This document shows positions 1-9,527 of a stretch of DNA of 64,000 nucleotides, one piece after another. Made by a program: the position numbers and the translations under genes. Below the pieces are notes generated by a model, which was not told the origin of the DNA, did no database searches, and worked only from the letters and a program-made list of their open reading frames with translations. Where the stretch lies: NCBI GenBank assembly GCA_038227875.1, contig JBBRPR010000026.1:1-64000 (forward strand). Reading direction: 5' to 3'. Within the stretch, counting starts at the first letter, position 1. Every line of letters begins with the position of its first letter. Origin of the DNA: Planctomycetota bacterium (GTDB taxonomy: Bacteria > Planctomycetota > SZUA-567 > H5-PLA8).

Positions 1-550
1 CGAAACCCAGCGCGACGGCGCCCGTTCGATGGCGCAGACCGCGATGGCCATCGCCGCTGTCGAACAAGCCAACTTCGCCCAAAATGCGATGAATTTAGCC
101 TTCGACATGCTCAACTCCCACGACGAAAAAACGCACGAACGCGCGATCGTTTTAGGCATGAATCTGATCGCTCAACAAGAACGCCAGGCGAGCCACGAAA
201 AGTGGCGCGAGTTCGTCTACTTCGACAAACTCAAACGCAAAGAAGCCGCGATGAAAGCCCAGTCCGAACTTGAAGCCGCTGAAAGCGGCCAAGACCGGCC
301 AAAAGCGGACACGCCCGCCGAAACCGCTTCTGAAACCGGCCAAAACCGGACAAAAGCGGACACGACCGGCCAACCCGCCACTACAACCGTCGAGCCCGCA
401 TCAGAAAGCGGCCAAAACCGGACAAATCCGGACAACACCGAGCCGCCCATCGTGGTCAAAGAAGCCAAGTTCACCACCGCGCCGAAGAAACCCAATGTCC
501 CCATGCCCAACAAAACACCCTTCTACGCCGGAGTAGCCGGCCGAAGATAG
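1..550 (+). CDS. Hypothetical protein, probably 5'-truncated by the window; helical region plus low-complexity repeat tail
   Basis: Frame is open from position 2 through ATG 29 to TAG 548-550; three ESGQxRxKADT-like repeats in the tail. Confidence 0.6.
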   Translation, partial: ETQRDGARSMAQTAMAIAAVEQANFAQNAMNLAFDMLNSHDEKTHERAIVLGMNLIAQQERQASHEKWREFVYFDKLKRKEAAMKAQSELEAAESGQDRPKADTPAETASETGQNRTKADTTGQPATTTVEPASESGQNRTNPDNTEPPIVVKEAKFTTAPKKPNVPMPNKTPFYAGVAGRR

Positions 551-565
551 ATGAAGTGGAGTGAA

Positions 566-800
566 GTGGAGCTCGACTCACCGAAGTCGGACCTCGCGCC
601 CCAACCCGCGAGGGGTTCGCGAAGCGAACAAGAACCTCGTCGGCGAGCGAGCTACATCAACACCGGTGCCGAGAACACGGACGCATCATTCCGCCCGACC
701 GCCCGTCCGTGTTCTCGCACCATTTCCCGGCTGATCACCAGCACGGACAAGGTTGTTGTTCGCTAGCGCTCACCCACCCGAATTCTCCGAATTCGGGTCG
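566..800. repeat. Cluster of REP-like palindromes
   Basis: GGAGCTCGACTCACCGAAGTCG ... CGAGCGAGCTAC doublet; 13-bp perfect stem GAGAACACGGACG/CGTCCGTGTTCTC (671-716); ACCCGAATTC/GAATTCGGGT stem. Confidence 0.5.
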
Positions 801-814
801 CAGCGTTACCAAAT

Positions 815-848
815 AAAAATTCCGCCGCTGAAAGCGGCGGATTTTTTT
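815..848. terminator. Bidirectional intrinsic terminator after nagA
   Basis: AAAAAT-TCCGCCGC-TGAAA-GCGGCGGA-TTTTTTT. Confidence 0.8.
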
Positions 849-850
849 CC

Positions 851-2068
851 TCAGTCCTCCAACTCCACCCCGTCCACAAACACCCGCTGCACTTCCAGCT
901 TGTCATTGAGCACCAGCACGTCCGCGCGTTTGCCGACTTCCAGGCTGCCGGTTTCATGTGCGAATCCGGTCAGCTCGGCGGGGGTGAGGCTCGCCATGCG
1001 GAAGACGTCCGACAGCGTCGCGCTGGTCATCGCTTTCATATTCCGCACCATCGTGTCCATCCCGACGATCGAACTGGCCAGTCCGCGGCCCGGCTGGAAG
1101 CCGACACGTCCGTCGGAGCGGAACCACTCGCCGTCGGCGTTCGGACCAAAACGGTAATCACCCGCCGGCATGCCCAGCGCGCGGTTGGCGTCGGTGACCA
1201 GGCAGAGGCGCTCGGGCCCTTTCATCTTCAGCGCGAACTCCAGCAATTCCGGCGCGAGATGATAGCCGTCGGCGATCACTTCGGTGCTCATCTGTTCGTG
1301 GAAGAGGACGAACTGTTCCATGCTTCCCTGCATCGGTGTGCCCAGCCGGTCGCGGATCGTGGGTATGGTGCTCATCGCACACCAGAAGTGATCGACATGC
1401 CGCATCCCCGCTCGGAACGCGCGCGCCATCTCCGTCCAGCTCGCGTTGGAATGTCCGCACGTGACGAAGTACCCGCGCTTGGACGCCGCGCGGAAGAACG
1501 CCTCCGCGCCGGGAAGTTCCGCCGCACACGTCGCGATGCGGATGATCCCCAGATCAAACTGCTCGATGAACTCCGACGGTTCCGGATCGCGGCGGCCGGA
1601 CTTCAAATGACAGCCGACTTTGTCTTCCGCGAAATACGGTCCGTAAAGATGGACGCCATTGATGCGCGCGCCCGTGGGCTTCTCAGACTTAGCGCGCTGA
1701 ACTTTCTTGCACGCGTGGAGCATCGCGTCGATCTGAGCTCGCGAGCCAGTGGTGGTGGTCGGGAAAATCGAGGTCGTGCCGTGGCGCGCGTGAGCGGCCA
1801 GGACCGTGCGGACGGCATCGGGCGTGCCGTCCATGAAGTCCGCGCCATCGCCGCCGTGGACGTGGATATCGATATATCCCGGCCCGATCAAACCGCCGCG
1901 CGCGTTGATCTCCGTCGCGCCCTTTGGGGTGGCAATATCGGACGCTGCACCGAGTGCCGTGATGCGGCCGTTGCGGCAGACCATGGCACCATTGGGGATC
2001 GTACCGTTGGGCAGAATCAGATCGCCATTGTAGAAGATAAACGTGCGCGACGCGGCAGATGTTGCCAT
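851..2068 (-). CDS. nagA: N-acetylglucosamine-6-phosphate deacetylase
   Basis: PGYIDIHVHG, GHSNA, HFWCAM, IADGYH, LVTDA, GKRADVLVL amidohydrolase motifs; the usual HLEGP reads HLYGP. Confidence 0.85.
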   Translation of the reverse strand: MATSAASRTFIFYNGDLILPNGTIPNGAMVCRNGRITALGAASDIATPKGATEINARGGLIGPGYIDIHVHGGDGADFMDGTPDAVRTVLAAHARHGTTSIFPTTTTGSRAQIDAMLHACKKVQRAKSEKPTGARINGVHLYGPYFAEDKVGCHLKSGRRDPEPSEFIEQFDLGIIRIATCAAELPGAEAFFRAASKRGYFVTCGHSNASWTEMARAFRAGMRHVDHFWCAMSTIPTIRDRLGTPMQGSMEQFVLFHEQMSTEVIADGYHLAPELLEFALKMKGPERLCLVTDANRALGMPAGDYRFGPNADGEWFRSDGRVGFQPGRGLASSIVGMDTMVRNMKAMTSATLSDVFRMASLTPAELTGFAHETGSLEVGKRADVLVLNDKLEVQRVFVDGVELED

Positions 2069-2311
2069 GGGAACCTCCGGGGGATTAAGGGGTTATAACT
2101 AATCCCGCCCACGTGCGCCAGCCACCGAAAATCGGACGTTGCATAAAAATCGGTACCAGAAAAATCCCCGCCCAAACGGTCGATAATAATTTCAAATGAA
2201 TATTTGAGAGGAGCTAGGAGTCTGTACAGCAGAACAGTCAGTTTGGCATCGGATTCGATAATAGGACTAACGCAACAGGGGTCCTTCAAAAGCTAAAAAG
2301 GAGCAACGAAC

Positions 2312-2755
2312 ATGATCACCAAAACGAAACTTTTCCTCTCTCTGGGTGCGGTGCTGGTTGCGGGAATGGCCTTCGCCACCCCGAGCGCGAATGCGTCCGA
2401 ACGCGTCTTCGTCAACGCCAACTTCGGCGGCCCGTCCTACTACGCGCCCGCTCCGGTGTATGAACGCCACTACGTCACCGGCCATTACGAAACGACCTAC
2501 ACCAACGTGCTGGTCGAACCCGAACACCGCAGCCGCGTCTGGGTTCCCGACGTCGTCGCCACCTACCGCGATCGCCACGGCGCGCTGTACACCGTCGTGA
2601 CGACGCCTGGCTACTACCGCGAAGTGATCATCCCCGCTCACTACGAACGCCGCGCGACGCAGGTCTGGGTGGATGGCTGCAACGACAACGTCAGCACCGT
2701 CTACTACTCCAACCCGCGCCCGCGCGTAAGCATCGGTGGCTTCTTCCACTTCTAA
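2312..2755 (+). CDS. Secreted Tyr/Val/Pro-rich hypothetical protein (YXWGXW-like beta repeats)
   Basis: AAGGAG RBS, signal peptide ending ANA, GHYE/PGYY/PAHYE/VWV motifs. Confidence 0.75.
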   Translation: MITKTKLFLSLGAVLVAGMAFATPSANASERVFVNANFGGPSYYAPAPVYERHYVTGHYETTYTNVLVEPEHRSRVWVPDVVATYRDRHGALYTVVTTPGYYREVIIPAHYERRATQVWVDGCNDNVSTVYYSNPRPRVSIGGFFHF

Positions 2756-2782
2756 GTTCGAGCGAACAAAATCAGGGGAACG

Positions 2783-2813
2783 AAAAACCGGGCCTTGGGG
2801 GCCCGGTTTTTTT
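2783..2813 (+). terminator. Intrinsic terminator
   Basis: AAAAACCGGGCC-TTGGG-GGCCCGGTTTTTTT. Confidence 0.85.
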
Positions 2814-2833
2814 GTTGGCCTTCAAGTCCGTCA

Positions 2834-2943
2834 GCCACGGAGTGGCGACATGAAATATGACGCCCCTGCGGGGCTCTCGGTTTTACAGGGCGCTTTCTAC
2901 CTATGCTCACGCCATGGGCTACTTTATGTCGCCACTCCGTGGC
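2834..2943. repeat. REP/MITE-like element with 18-bp perfect terminal inverted repeats
   Basis: GCCACGGAGTGGCGACAT (2834-2851) and its exact reverse complement (2926-2943); internal GCCCCTGCGGGGC palindrome. Confidence 0.75.
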
Positions 2944-2987
2944 ATGAGAGTCCCAAGCCGAATGTAAGCATGATCCCAGGTGATATT

Positions 2988-3677
2988 CTAAGTGCCGGAG
3001 CCCAGTACTATTTTAGATGCAATCTTTTGTGCAGTCATCAACATTGATGTCATGGTCGGATCGCCATAGCGATTGTCGCACGTGTACGTAGCAGGATCTC
3101 TAGCCGATCCAATTCCCTGTACCGTAATCTCTTGATTCAAGCGTTCAGCCCCGGTGATCAGTCGCGAACATTTGAAATCCAGCCCATTAATCTCAATTGC
3201 GAATTCCAATTGCCGAGAAGGAGCCGATGCTTCTCGCAGAAGAAACGGCTCAGCGGCCTTTACAGATTCCAGCAGTCGCCGGTGCTCTGTGGTATACACA
3301 TCTAGAATATTCGAGCCAACCGTCCTGTATTCGCTTTCCATGTCATGGTGGTAGGCCACAATCTTGTTGCCATTCTTCCAATCTATGCCCCAAGCTTCAT
3401 AAGCATTGTTGCCAAAGAAGACAAACGGACTCAAGTCGGGCACGTCAAACTCCTGCCACATGCACAACGTTACGTCGAGCAACGACGATCCGGCGTTCGC
3501 TGTCAACGAAAACAGGTAGGACGCGTTTCCACTCTCCTCGCGAAATCCATTCGTTTCAAGGTAGAGCTGTCGCAGTTGTTCGGGAAGCCGAACATTGAGT
3601 TCTCCCTCAACCAATCGTATTTCCGCTTCGGTTGCGGGTGGATTGAACAGTCCGTTGGGGAAGACAGTCTTGATCAT
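2988..3677 (-). CDS. SMI1/KNR4 (SUKH) family protein with C-terminal extension
   Basis: PPATEAEIRLVEGELNVRLPEQLRQLYLETNG motif; AGGGGAGG RBS; visibly lower GC. Confidence 0.8.
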   Translation of the reverse strand: MIKTVFPNGLFNPPATEAEIRLVEGELNVRLPEQLRQLYLETNGFREESGNASYLFSLTANAGSSLLDVTLCMWQEFDVPDLSPFVFFGNNAYEAWGIDWKNGNKIVAYHHDMESEYRTVGSNILDVYTTEHRRLLESVKAAEPFLLREASAPSRQLEFAIEINGLDFKCSRLITGAERLNQEITVQGIGSARDPATYTCDNRYGDPTMTSMLMTAQKIASKIVLGSGT

Positions 3678-3686
3678 AACCTCCCC

Positions 3687-4049
3687 TTACGGATAACTCG
3701 CCGTCACCGTCGTCTTAATCCCGCCGCGTGCATTAAACTCTCCGACCAGCGTCATCCGCCGCGGTGCGCAGCTCTTGACGAGATCGTTTAAGATCTCGTT
3801 CGTGACGTGCTCGTGGAAGATGCCTTTGTTGCGGTAGCTCTGCAGGTAGAGCTTGAAGCTCTTCAGTTCCAGGCAGAGCTGATCGGGAACGTACGTCAGC
3901 GTCAGCGTCGCGAAGTCCGGCTGGCCCGTGCGCGGACAGACGGCCGTGAACTCCGGCGCCTCGATCTTGATCTCGTAATCCCGCTCCGGATTTCGATTCG
4001 CAAACGTCTCAATCGGCCCGCCCGTCGGTTGCTGCTGTTTCTTTTTCAT
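3687..4049 (-). CDS. queF: NADPH-dependent 7-cyano-7-deazaguanine reductase (preQ1 synthase)
   Basis: [27 protein letters not shown] and FNARGGI motifs; start moved to ATG 4049. Confidence 0.93.
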   Translation of the reverse strand: MKKKQQQPTGGPIETFANRNPERDYEIKIEAPEFTAVCPRTGQPDFATLTLTYVPDQLCLELKSFKLYLQSYRNKGIFHEHVTNEILNDLVKSCAPRRMTLVGEFNARGGIKTTVTASYP

Positions 4050-4084
4050 CTGTTTCCCGAATCCCCAATCCCTAATCCCCGCCG

Positions 4085-4897
4085 TCAATGCACCCGCCGC
4101 CGATACTCCGCCGGCCCGCAGCCCATCATCTGTTTGAAGATGCGATGGAACTGCGGATAACTGCCGAAGCCTGCAGAAAGCGCTGCATCCATCATGCTGA
4201 CGCGGCGGCCCTGTCCGTACAGTGAAAGAAAACGGTTGAGCCGCTGCTTGTTGCGGTAGTCGACCAGCGAGACGCCAGTCTGCTCTTTGAAGAGCCGGCT
4301 TAAACGCGAGGCGCTCAGACCCGCCAGCGCGCCCAACTCCTCGATGCCGACGGGCTCCTTCTCGTCGTGAATCAAGCGCGCCGCGCGTTCGACGGCCGGA
4401 TGGAGATCGAAGCTCGGCGTGATCCGCTCTTCGGCGCATTGCGCATGCCAGGCGCTCATCATCGCGTAGGCCAGGCCCGAATTGAAACGCGCAGGATCGC
4501 TCTTCACGTCCTGCAGCTCATCGAACTGCCGCCGCAGCCGCGCCGACTGGTGTTCCGCGAGCGGTTTGCAGAAGTGGCCGGGGTTGTCTTCTTTCAGCAC
4601 GCGGTACGGTTCGTCACGGGAATTGTCCTTCACCAGCGACGCTTTGAACACCAGGATCCACATTTCGTAGTCGGGAGAACAATCGAGCAGCAGGTGTTCC
4701 TGCTCCGGAAAAAACCAGATCTGCGTGTTGCGCGCCAGCATGTAGCGCTTGCCCTCGAGCATGTAGCTCGCCGATCCCTGCGCGACGAGGTTCACTTCGA
4801 GTTCCTCGTGGCGATGCGAAAAATGAACATAACCGTTGTAATGGTACAGCCAGACGGCGCCGTCCAGCCCGGTGGGAACATTGATGGTCTCTTTCAT
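4085..4897 (-). CDS. AraC-family transcriptional regulator (cupin plus HTH)
   Basis: [11 protein letters not shown] cupin; [10 protein letters not shown] and [17 protein letters not shown]; start ATG 4897. Confidence 0.9.
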   Translation of the reverse strand: MKETINVPTGLDGAVWLYHYNGYVHFSHRHEELEVNLVAQGSASYMLEGKRYMLARNTQIWFFPEQEHLLLDCSPDYEMWILVFKASLVKDNSRDEPYRVLKEDNPGHFCKPLAEHQSARLRRQFDELQDVKSDPARFNSGLAYAMMSAWHAQCAEERITPSFDLHPAVERAARLIHDEKEPVGIEELGALAGLSASRLSRLFKEQTGVSLVDYRNKQRLNRFLSLYGQGRRVSMMDAALSAGFGSYPQFHRIFKQMMGCGPAEYRRRVH

Positions 4898-5020
4898 CGC
4901 GACAAAAAATGATAACAGATCGGAGTGAGATGAGAAGATTGGTTTTGCCGGAAGGGGTAGGTTATGCGGGTCGACCTGCAGGCGGACACCTGCACCACAA
5001 CTATAAAGGGGCACATTTTC

Positions 5021-5779
5021 ATGAGCGCCACCGCAGTCTGTCATGTCACTGAGGCACACAAAAAGCAGTTTGAACAGGAAGGCTACTTCATTCTGAAGAA
5101 CGTGATGCCGCCGGAGCATCTGCAGCTGCTGCGCGACGAATGCCAGCGCTTCATCGACCTTGAAAACGCGCGCATGGACGCCGACAAGACCGACGTTCAC
5201 GGCATCAACCACCGCAACAAGCGCTACTTCGTCGCCTACGCCTGCCAAAACAGCGCGAAGATTCCCGAGTTCGTCTACAGCGATCTGATGGCCGACATCT
5301 GCCGCGCGACGCTGGGACCGGATGCGTATCTGTTCTGGGATCAGTACGTGGTGAAGGGCGCCGAAGTCGGCATGAAGTTCGGTTGGCATCAGGATTCCGG
5401 CTACGTCGGCCACCCGCATCGCCCGTACCTGACGTGCTGGTGCGCGCTCGACGACATGTCCGTGGAGAACGGTACGGCTTTCATCCTGCCCTACTCTCGC
5501 GCCGGCACGAAGGAAGTGCAGCCGCACGTCAAGGAAGAGGGCACCAACGATCTGATCGGCTATCACGGTTCTGATCCGGGCGAACCGATCCTGGTTCCGG
5601 CCGGCAGCATCGCCGTCTTCTCCAGCCGCACCTTCCACCGCAGCGGCGCGAACACCACCAACCGCATGCGCCGCGTCTATCTGCCGCAGTATTCGGCCGA
5701 AGTGATCATGAACAAGGAAGGCACCGCCCCGCAGGCGCAGAGCGAATGCTTCCTGAAGGATGGCAAGCGCGTGCGGTAG
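5021..5779 (+). CDS. Phytanoyl-CoA dioxygenase (PhyH) family Fe(II)/2OG enzyme
   Basis: WHQD, WCALDD..ENG, FHRSGAN, R motifs; divergent from the AraC gene. Confidence 0.9.
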   Translation: MSATAVCHVTEAHKKQFEQEGYFILKNVMPPEHLQLLRDECQRFIDLENARMDADKTDVHGINHRNKRYFVAYACQNSAKIPEFVYSDLMADICRATLGPDAYLFWDQYVVKGAEVGMKFGWHQDSGYVGHPHRPYLTCWCALDDMSVENGTAFILPYSRAGTKEVQPHVKEEGTNDLIGYHGSDPGEPILVPAGSIAVFSSRTFHRSGANTTNRMRRVYLPQYSAEVIMNKEGTAPQAQSECFLKDGKRVR

Positions 5780-5801
5780 TGCGAGGAATGAGGACTGAGG
5801 A

Positions 5802-5832
5802 AAAAACGAGCCGCTAAACGCGGCTCGTTTTT
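5802..5832. terminator. Bidirectional intrinsic terminator
   Basis: AAAAACGAGCCGC-TAAAC-GCGGCTCGTTTTT between convergent genes. Confidence 0.85.
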
Positions 5833-5921
5833 ATTTTGGGTTGGCGCGAAGCGCCGCCGCCGTTCTCCCACCCTTGAAAAGGGGGCTGGGGGCTGCGTTG
5901 GCCGGACAGAATCTGAAGCAG

Positions 5922-7412
5922 CTACGAAAACGTGGCTTTCCTCATATCCCCGCTGACGCGGAAAGCCTCGTGCATCGCAAAGGCGGCGCGCAGGGTCTGC
6001 GGGGTTTGGCCGGTGGCGGAAAGTTTCAGGTACTCGCGCAGCAGCGGCCGGTAATCGGGGTGCGCGCACCGGTCGATGATCAGTTCGGCGCGCTCGCGCG
6101 GCGTTTTGCCGCGGAGATCGGCCAGGCCGTGTTCGGTCACGACGACGTGGACGGAATGCTCCGTGTGGTCGGTGTGCGAGACCAGCGGGACGATGCGGCT
6201 GATGTGGCGGTCTTTGGATTCCGACGGGCAGGTGAAGATCGAGAGAAATGCGTTCTGCGCAAAATCGCCGGACCCGCCAACGCCGTTGACCAGCGATGTC
6301 CCGAGTACGTGCGTGCTGTTGACGTTGCCGCAGAGATCGAACTCCAGCGCCGTGTTGATCGCGATCACGCCCAGCCGCCGGATGACCTCATTGCAATTGG
6401 AAATCTCCTGCGGGCGGAGCACCAGCCGCGTGCGGAAGAAATCGAGTTCGGCGTAGATCTGCCGCAGCACTTCCGGCACGACCGTCAGCGCCGATCCGCT
6501 CGCAAAGGTGATCCGGCCGGACTTCAGCAGCTGAATCGCGGTGCTCTGAATCACTTCCGCGTAGAGCGAGAAGTTGGGAATCTCTGCGTGCCCGCCGAGG
6601 CTCAAGAGCACGGCGTTGGCGACGTCGCCGATGCCGGCCTGCACGGGAAGAAACTCGGCCGGAATCGCGCCGCGTTTCAATTCGCTCACGAGGAACTCCG
6701 CGACACGCGCGCCGATCGCCAGGTTCACCGGCTGCGGCGCTTCGAAGGGGTACATCTCGTCGTCGCAATCGGTGAGCACGATGCCCGCGATCTTCGCGGG
6801 ATCGACGCGCAGGACGGGAGTGCCGATGCGATCGGATGGCGTGAAAATCGGAACCTCGCGCCGGTGCGGCGGCTCGGCAAGCTCCGCGATGTCGTGCAGT
6901 CCGCGTAGCGCAGCCGGGTGGCGCGCGTTGAGTTCGATGAGCACACGGCCGGCCAGCCGCGCGTAGGTCTGCGCGGCGCCGACACCGGAAGTCGGCACGA
7001 TCTCGCCCGACGGCGTGACGTGCGAGGCTTCCAGAATTGCCCAATCTAGTGCGCCGAACCAGCCTTGCCGAGTGGCGCTGGGAACCTGCGAGAGATTCAT
7101 GTCGACAAAACGCGTCGCGCCACGGTGAATGGAATCGCGCAGGTCGGCGTTGGCCTGGTACGGAGCGCGAAAGTCGAGCGCATCGGCGCACGCCAGTTCG
7201 CTGTCGACGGACTTTCCCGTCGACGAACCGGAGAGAATGCTGACTTTAAAGGGGCGTCCCGCTGCGTGTTCGGCATTCGCGCGCGCGGCCAGCGCGTGGG
7301 GAATGGCCTTCGGCGCGCCGGCCGGCGTGAACCCGCTTAGTCCGATGACGTTGCCATTGCCAATCAGGGCCGCGGCGGCCTCGGCGGAACGTGTGGGGAA
7401 GGGCAGGGCCAA
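5922..7412 (-). CDS. Acetyl-CoA hydrolase / succinate CoA-transferase
   Basis: SGFTPAGAPKAIP, QAGIGDVANAV, NGVGGSGDF, VTEHGLADLRG, CAHPDYR; likely TTG start at 7412 just after the GNAT stop. Confidence 0.88.
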   Translation of the reverse strand: MALPFPTRSAEAAAALIGNGNVIGLSGFTPAGAPKAIPHALAARANAEHAAGRPFKVSILSGSSTGKSVDSELACADALDFRAPYQANADLRDSIHRGATRFVDMNLSQVPSATRQGWFGALDWAILEASHVTPSGEIVPTSGVGAAQTYARLAGRVLIELNARHPAALRGLHDIAELAEPPHRREVPIFTPSDRIGTPVLRVDPAKIAGIVLTDCDDEMYPFEAPQPVNLAIGARVAEFLVSELKRGAIPAEFLPVQAGIGDVANAVLLSLGGHAEIPNFSLYAEVIQSTAIQLLKSGRITFASGSALTVVPEVLRQIYAELDFFRTRLVLRPQEISNCNEVIRRLGVIAINTALEFDLCGNVNSTHVLGTSLVNGVGGSGDFAQNAFLSIFTCPSESKDRHISRIVPLVSHTDHTEHSVHVVVTEHGLADLRGKTPRERAELIIDRCAHPDYRPLLREYLKLSATGQTPQTLRAAFAMHEAFRVSGDMRKATFS

Positions 7413-7414
7413 AA

Positions 7415-8314
7415 TCAGCCCAGCTCCGGGCAGCAGATCGCGAGCATCGACTCCGGCTTTCCCGGCGACGAGTTGGCGCCAAACGCCATGCGCAGAAACG
7501 GCCGCTGATGCTTCAGACCGCACGCTTCGACGGCTTGCTTCGCCCACGGGTTGCTCGTCACCGCATCGACGACGACGCGTTCGTCTTCCAGTTCGGTGAG
7601 CATCATCGAGAGTACGTTGGCGCTGAGCCGCTGATCGCCGACGACCGGCCCGATCTGCTGAAAATTCGTGCCGCGCCGCGCCAGGCCGTAGGCCTTCACC
7701 GCGCCGTTTTGCCGCGCGACGAAACAGCGCTCGGGCCACGCGCGGTACCACGCCTCAAGGACTTCCGCGCGCCGCGCTCCAAAAATGGCCGCGTCGAAGT
7801 CGACGATCTCCGGCAGATCGGCGGGCTTGGCGTGCGCGATGGCGATGCCCGGTTCGCTATTGATCGCCATCTCCGAATCGAGCGTGAACGCGCGGGCGAC
7901 GCCTTCCCAGCGTTCGAGTTCGTATTCCGCGACGAAGCCCAGCTTTTCGTAGACGAGTTTGCCCATCGGCGTCGCGTCGAGCTTGACCGTTTCGACGCCA
8001 CAGTCCTTCAGATATTGGATGCACTTTTTCAGCAGCGTCGAACCGATACCGTGGCGGCGGTACTCGGGATCGACGAGCACCATACCGACCCAGCCGAACG
8101 AGCCGGGCCCGGCGTTGGGCGTGTAGCGCGTGGTGGTCGCGGTCCCGACGACTTTCTGATCCATGATCGCGGCGAAGCAACCGTTGGGTTCGAAACCGAT
8201 CAGGTGCCGCCAGTCGTCGTCAATCTGGTTCCATTTCGCGAGCTCGCGCAGCCGCTGCGCCGCCGGGATGTCGTCGAGAGTCAGGGCGCGAAGTTGAAGG
8301 TCGGGCGTGGTCAT
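7415..8314 (-). CDS. GNAT-family N-acetyltransferase (two-domain)
   Basis: MVLVDPEYRRHGIG motif A, LDATPMGKLVYEKLGF; start ATG 8314. Confidence 0.9.
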   Translation of the reverse strand: MTTPDLQLRALTLDDIPAAQRLRELAKWNQIDDDWRHLIGFEPNGCFAAIMDQKVVGTATTTRYTPNAGPGSFGWVGMVLVDPEYRRHGIGSTLLKKCIQYLKDCGVETVKLDATPMGKLVYEKLGFVAEYELERWEGVARAFTLDSEMAINSEPGIAIAHAKPADLPEIVDFDAAIFGARRAEVLEAWYRAWPERCFVARQNGAVKAYGLARRGTNFQQIGPVVGDQRLSANVLSMMLTELEDERVVVDAVTSNPWAKQAVEACGLKHQRPFLRMAFGANSSPGKPESMLAICCPELG

Positions 8315-8326
8315 CGAGGGTCCTTT

Positions 8327-8376
8327 GTACCGCAGCCTTCTAGCACACCAACACGCCGGCAGAATGCCGGCGGTAC
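8327..8376. repeat. REP-like element (GTAC-ended palindrome)
   Basis: GTACCGC ... GCCGGCAGAATGCCGGCGGTAC. Confidence 0.55.
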
Positions 8377-8462
8377 GAGAGCGAATGGTAATTGAAATGG
8401 ATGCTGGTAAAAGGTAAATGCTACTGCGGAACATGTCTGACAAAGAGAACTTAGGAGATGCC

Positions 8463-9497
8463 ATGGATTTTCCGGATCTGATTTCGACCGAGGAAGAACT
8501 CGACCAAGTCATGGCGCAGCCGCCCGAAGCGCTGGTGCAGCTCGTCAAGAACCTCGACGGCGACATCATGATCCTGGGCATCGGCGGCAAGATGGGCACG
8601 ACGCTGGGTCTGGAAGCGGTCCTCGCGGTGCAGCAGGCAGGCGTCAAAAAGCGCGTCATCGGCGTCTCGCGCTTTTCCGAAGCAGCAGCGCGCTCGAAGC
8701 TTGACGCGCTGGGCATCCAGACGATTCCCTGCGACCTGCTGGAACGCGACGCGGTGGCGAAACTGCCGCTCGTGCCGAACGTCATTTTCATGGCCGGGCG
8801 GAAATTCGGGACATCGGATTCCGAAGCGATCACCTGGGCGATGAACACGGTCGTGCCCTCCAACGTCGCACATCATTTCGGGAAGAGCCGCATCGTCGCG
8901 TTCTCCTCTGGAAACGTGTACGGCGACGTGCCGCTGACCTCCGGCGGTTCGTCGGAAGAGATGCCGCCCAATCCGTTCGGCGAGTACGCGCAATCGGTGC
9001 TCGGCCGCGAACGCGTCTTCGCATACTACGCGCTGAAGAACCAGACGCCCACGGCGCTGATCCGCCTCAATTACGCCATCGACCTGCGCTACGGCGTGCT
9101 GTTTGAAGTTGCCAAGCAGGTGCTCGCCGGAGAAACCGTTGACCTCTCGACTGGCCACGTCAACGTGATCTGGCAGGGTGACGCCAACACGCAGGCGCTG
9201 CTGGCGCTGGGACACTGCACGTCGCCGGCGAACATCCTCAACTGCACCGGCCCGGAAATCGTCTCGATCAAGTATGTCGCCTCTGAGTTCGGACGCCTGT
9301 TTGGCAAGAAGGTGGAATTCCGCGGCACGCCCAAGGAATCCACGCTGCTCAACAACGCCGCGAAGGCCAACCGTCTCTTTGGTTATCCGCGCGTCAGCCT
9401 GCGCCAAATGATTGAGTGGACGGCGCACTGGCTGAAGCTCGGCGGCAAGACGCTGAACAAGCCGACGCATTTTGAAGTTCGAGACGGAAAATTCTAA
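8463..9497 (+). CDS. NAD-dependent epimerase/dehydratase family protein
   Basis: LGIGGKMG Rossmann motif, FSSGNVYG; AGGAG RBS before ATG 8463. Confidence 0.85.
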   Translation: MDFPDLISTEEELDQVMAQPPEALVQLVKNLDGDIMILGIGGKMGTTLGLEAVLAVQQAGVKKRVIGVSRFSEAAARSKLDALGIQTIPCDLLERDAVAKLPLVPNVIFMAGRKFGTSDSEAITWAMNTVVPSNVAHHFGKSRIVAFSSGNVYGDVPLTSGGSSEEMPPNPFGEYAQSVLGRERVFAYYALKNQTPTALIRLNYAIDLRYGVLFEVAKQVLAGETVDLSTGHVNVIWQGDANTQALLALGHCTSPANILNCTGPEIVSIKYVASEFGRLFGKKVEFRGTPKESTLLNNAAKANRLFGYPRVSLRQMIEWTAHWLKLGGKTLNKPTHFEVRDGKF

Positions 9498-9527
9498 AAC
9501 CAACCAGACGCTTCGAGGACGTATGCA

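Noticed and set aside
281..436. Possible mini-CRISPR (32-bp repeats)
   Set aside because: Only 3 degenerate copies, spacers of 19 and 40 nt, inside a reading frame, no cas genes
4050..4084. preQ1 riboswitch upstream of queF
   Set aside because: The 35-nt gap holds only a heptamer tract; no preQ1 aptamer pattern seen
4050..4439. N-terminal extension of queF in the ORF track (3687..4439)
   Set aside because: Overlaps the AraC gene in another frame; QueF homology starts at ATG 4049
4898..5638. Extension of the AraC ORF to 517 aa
   Set aside because: Antisense shadow of the PhyH gene
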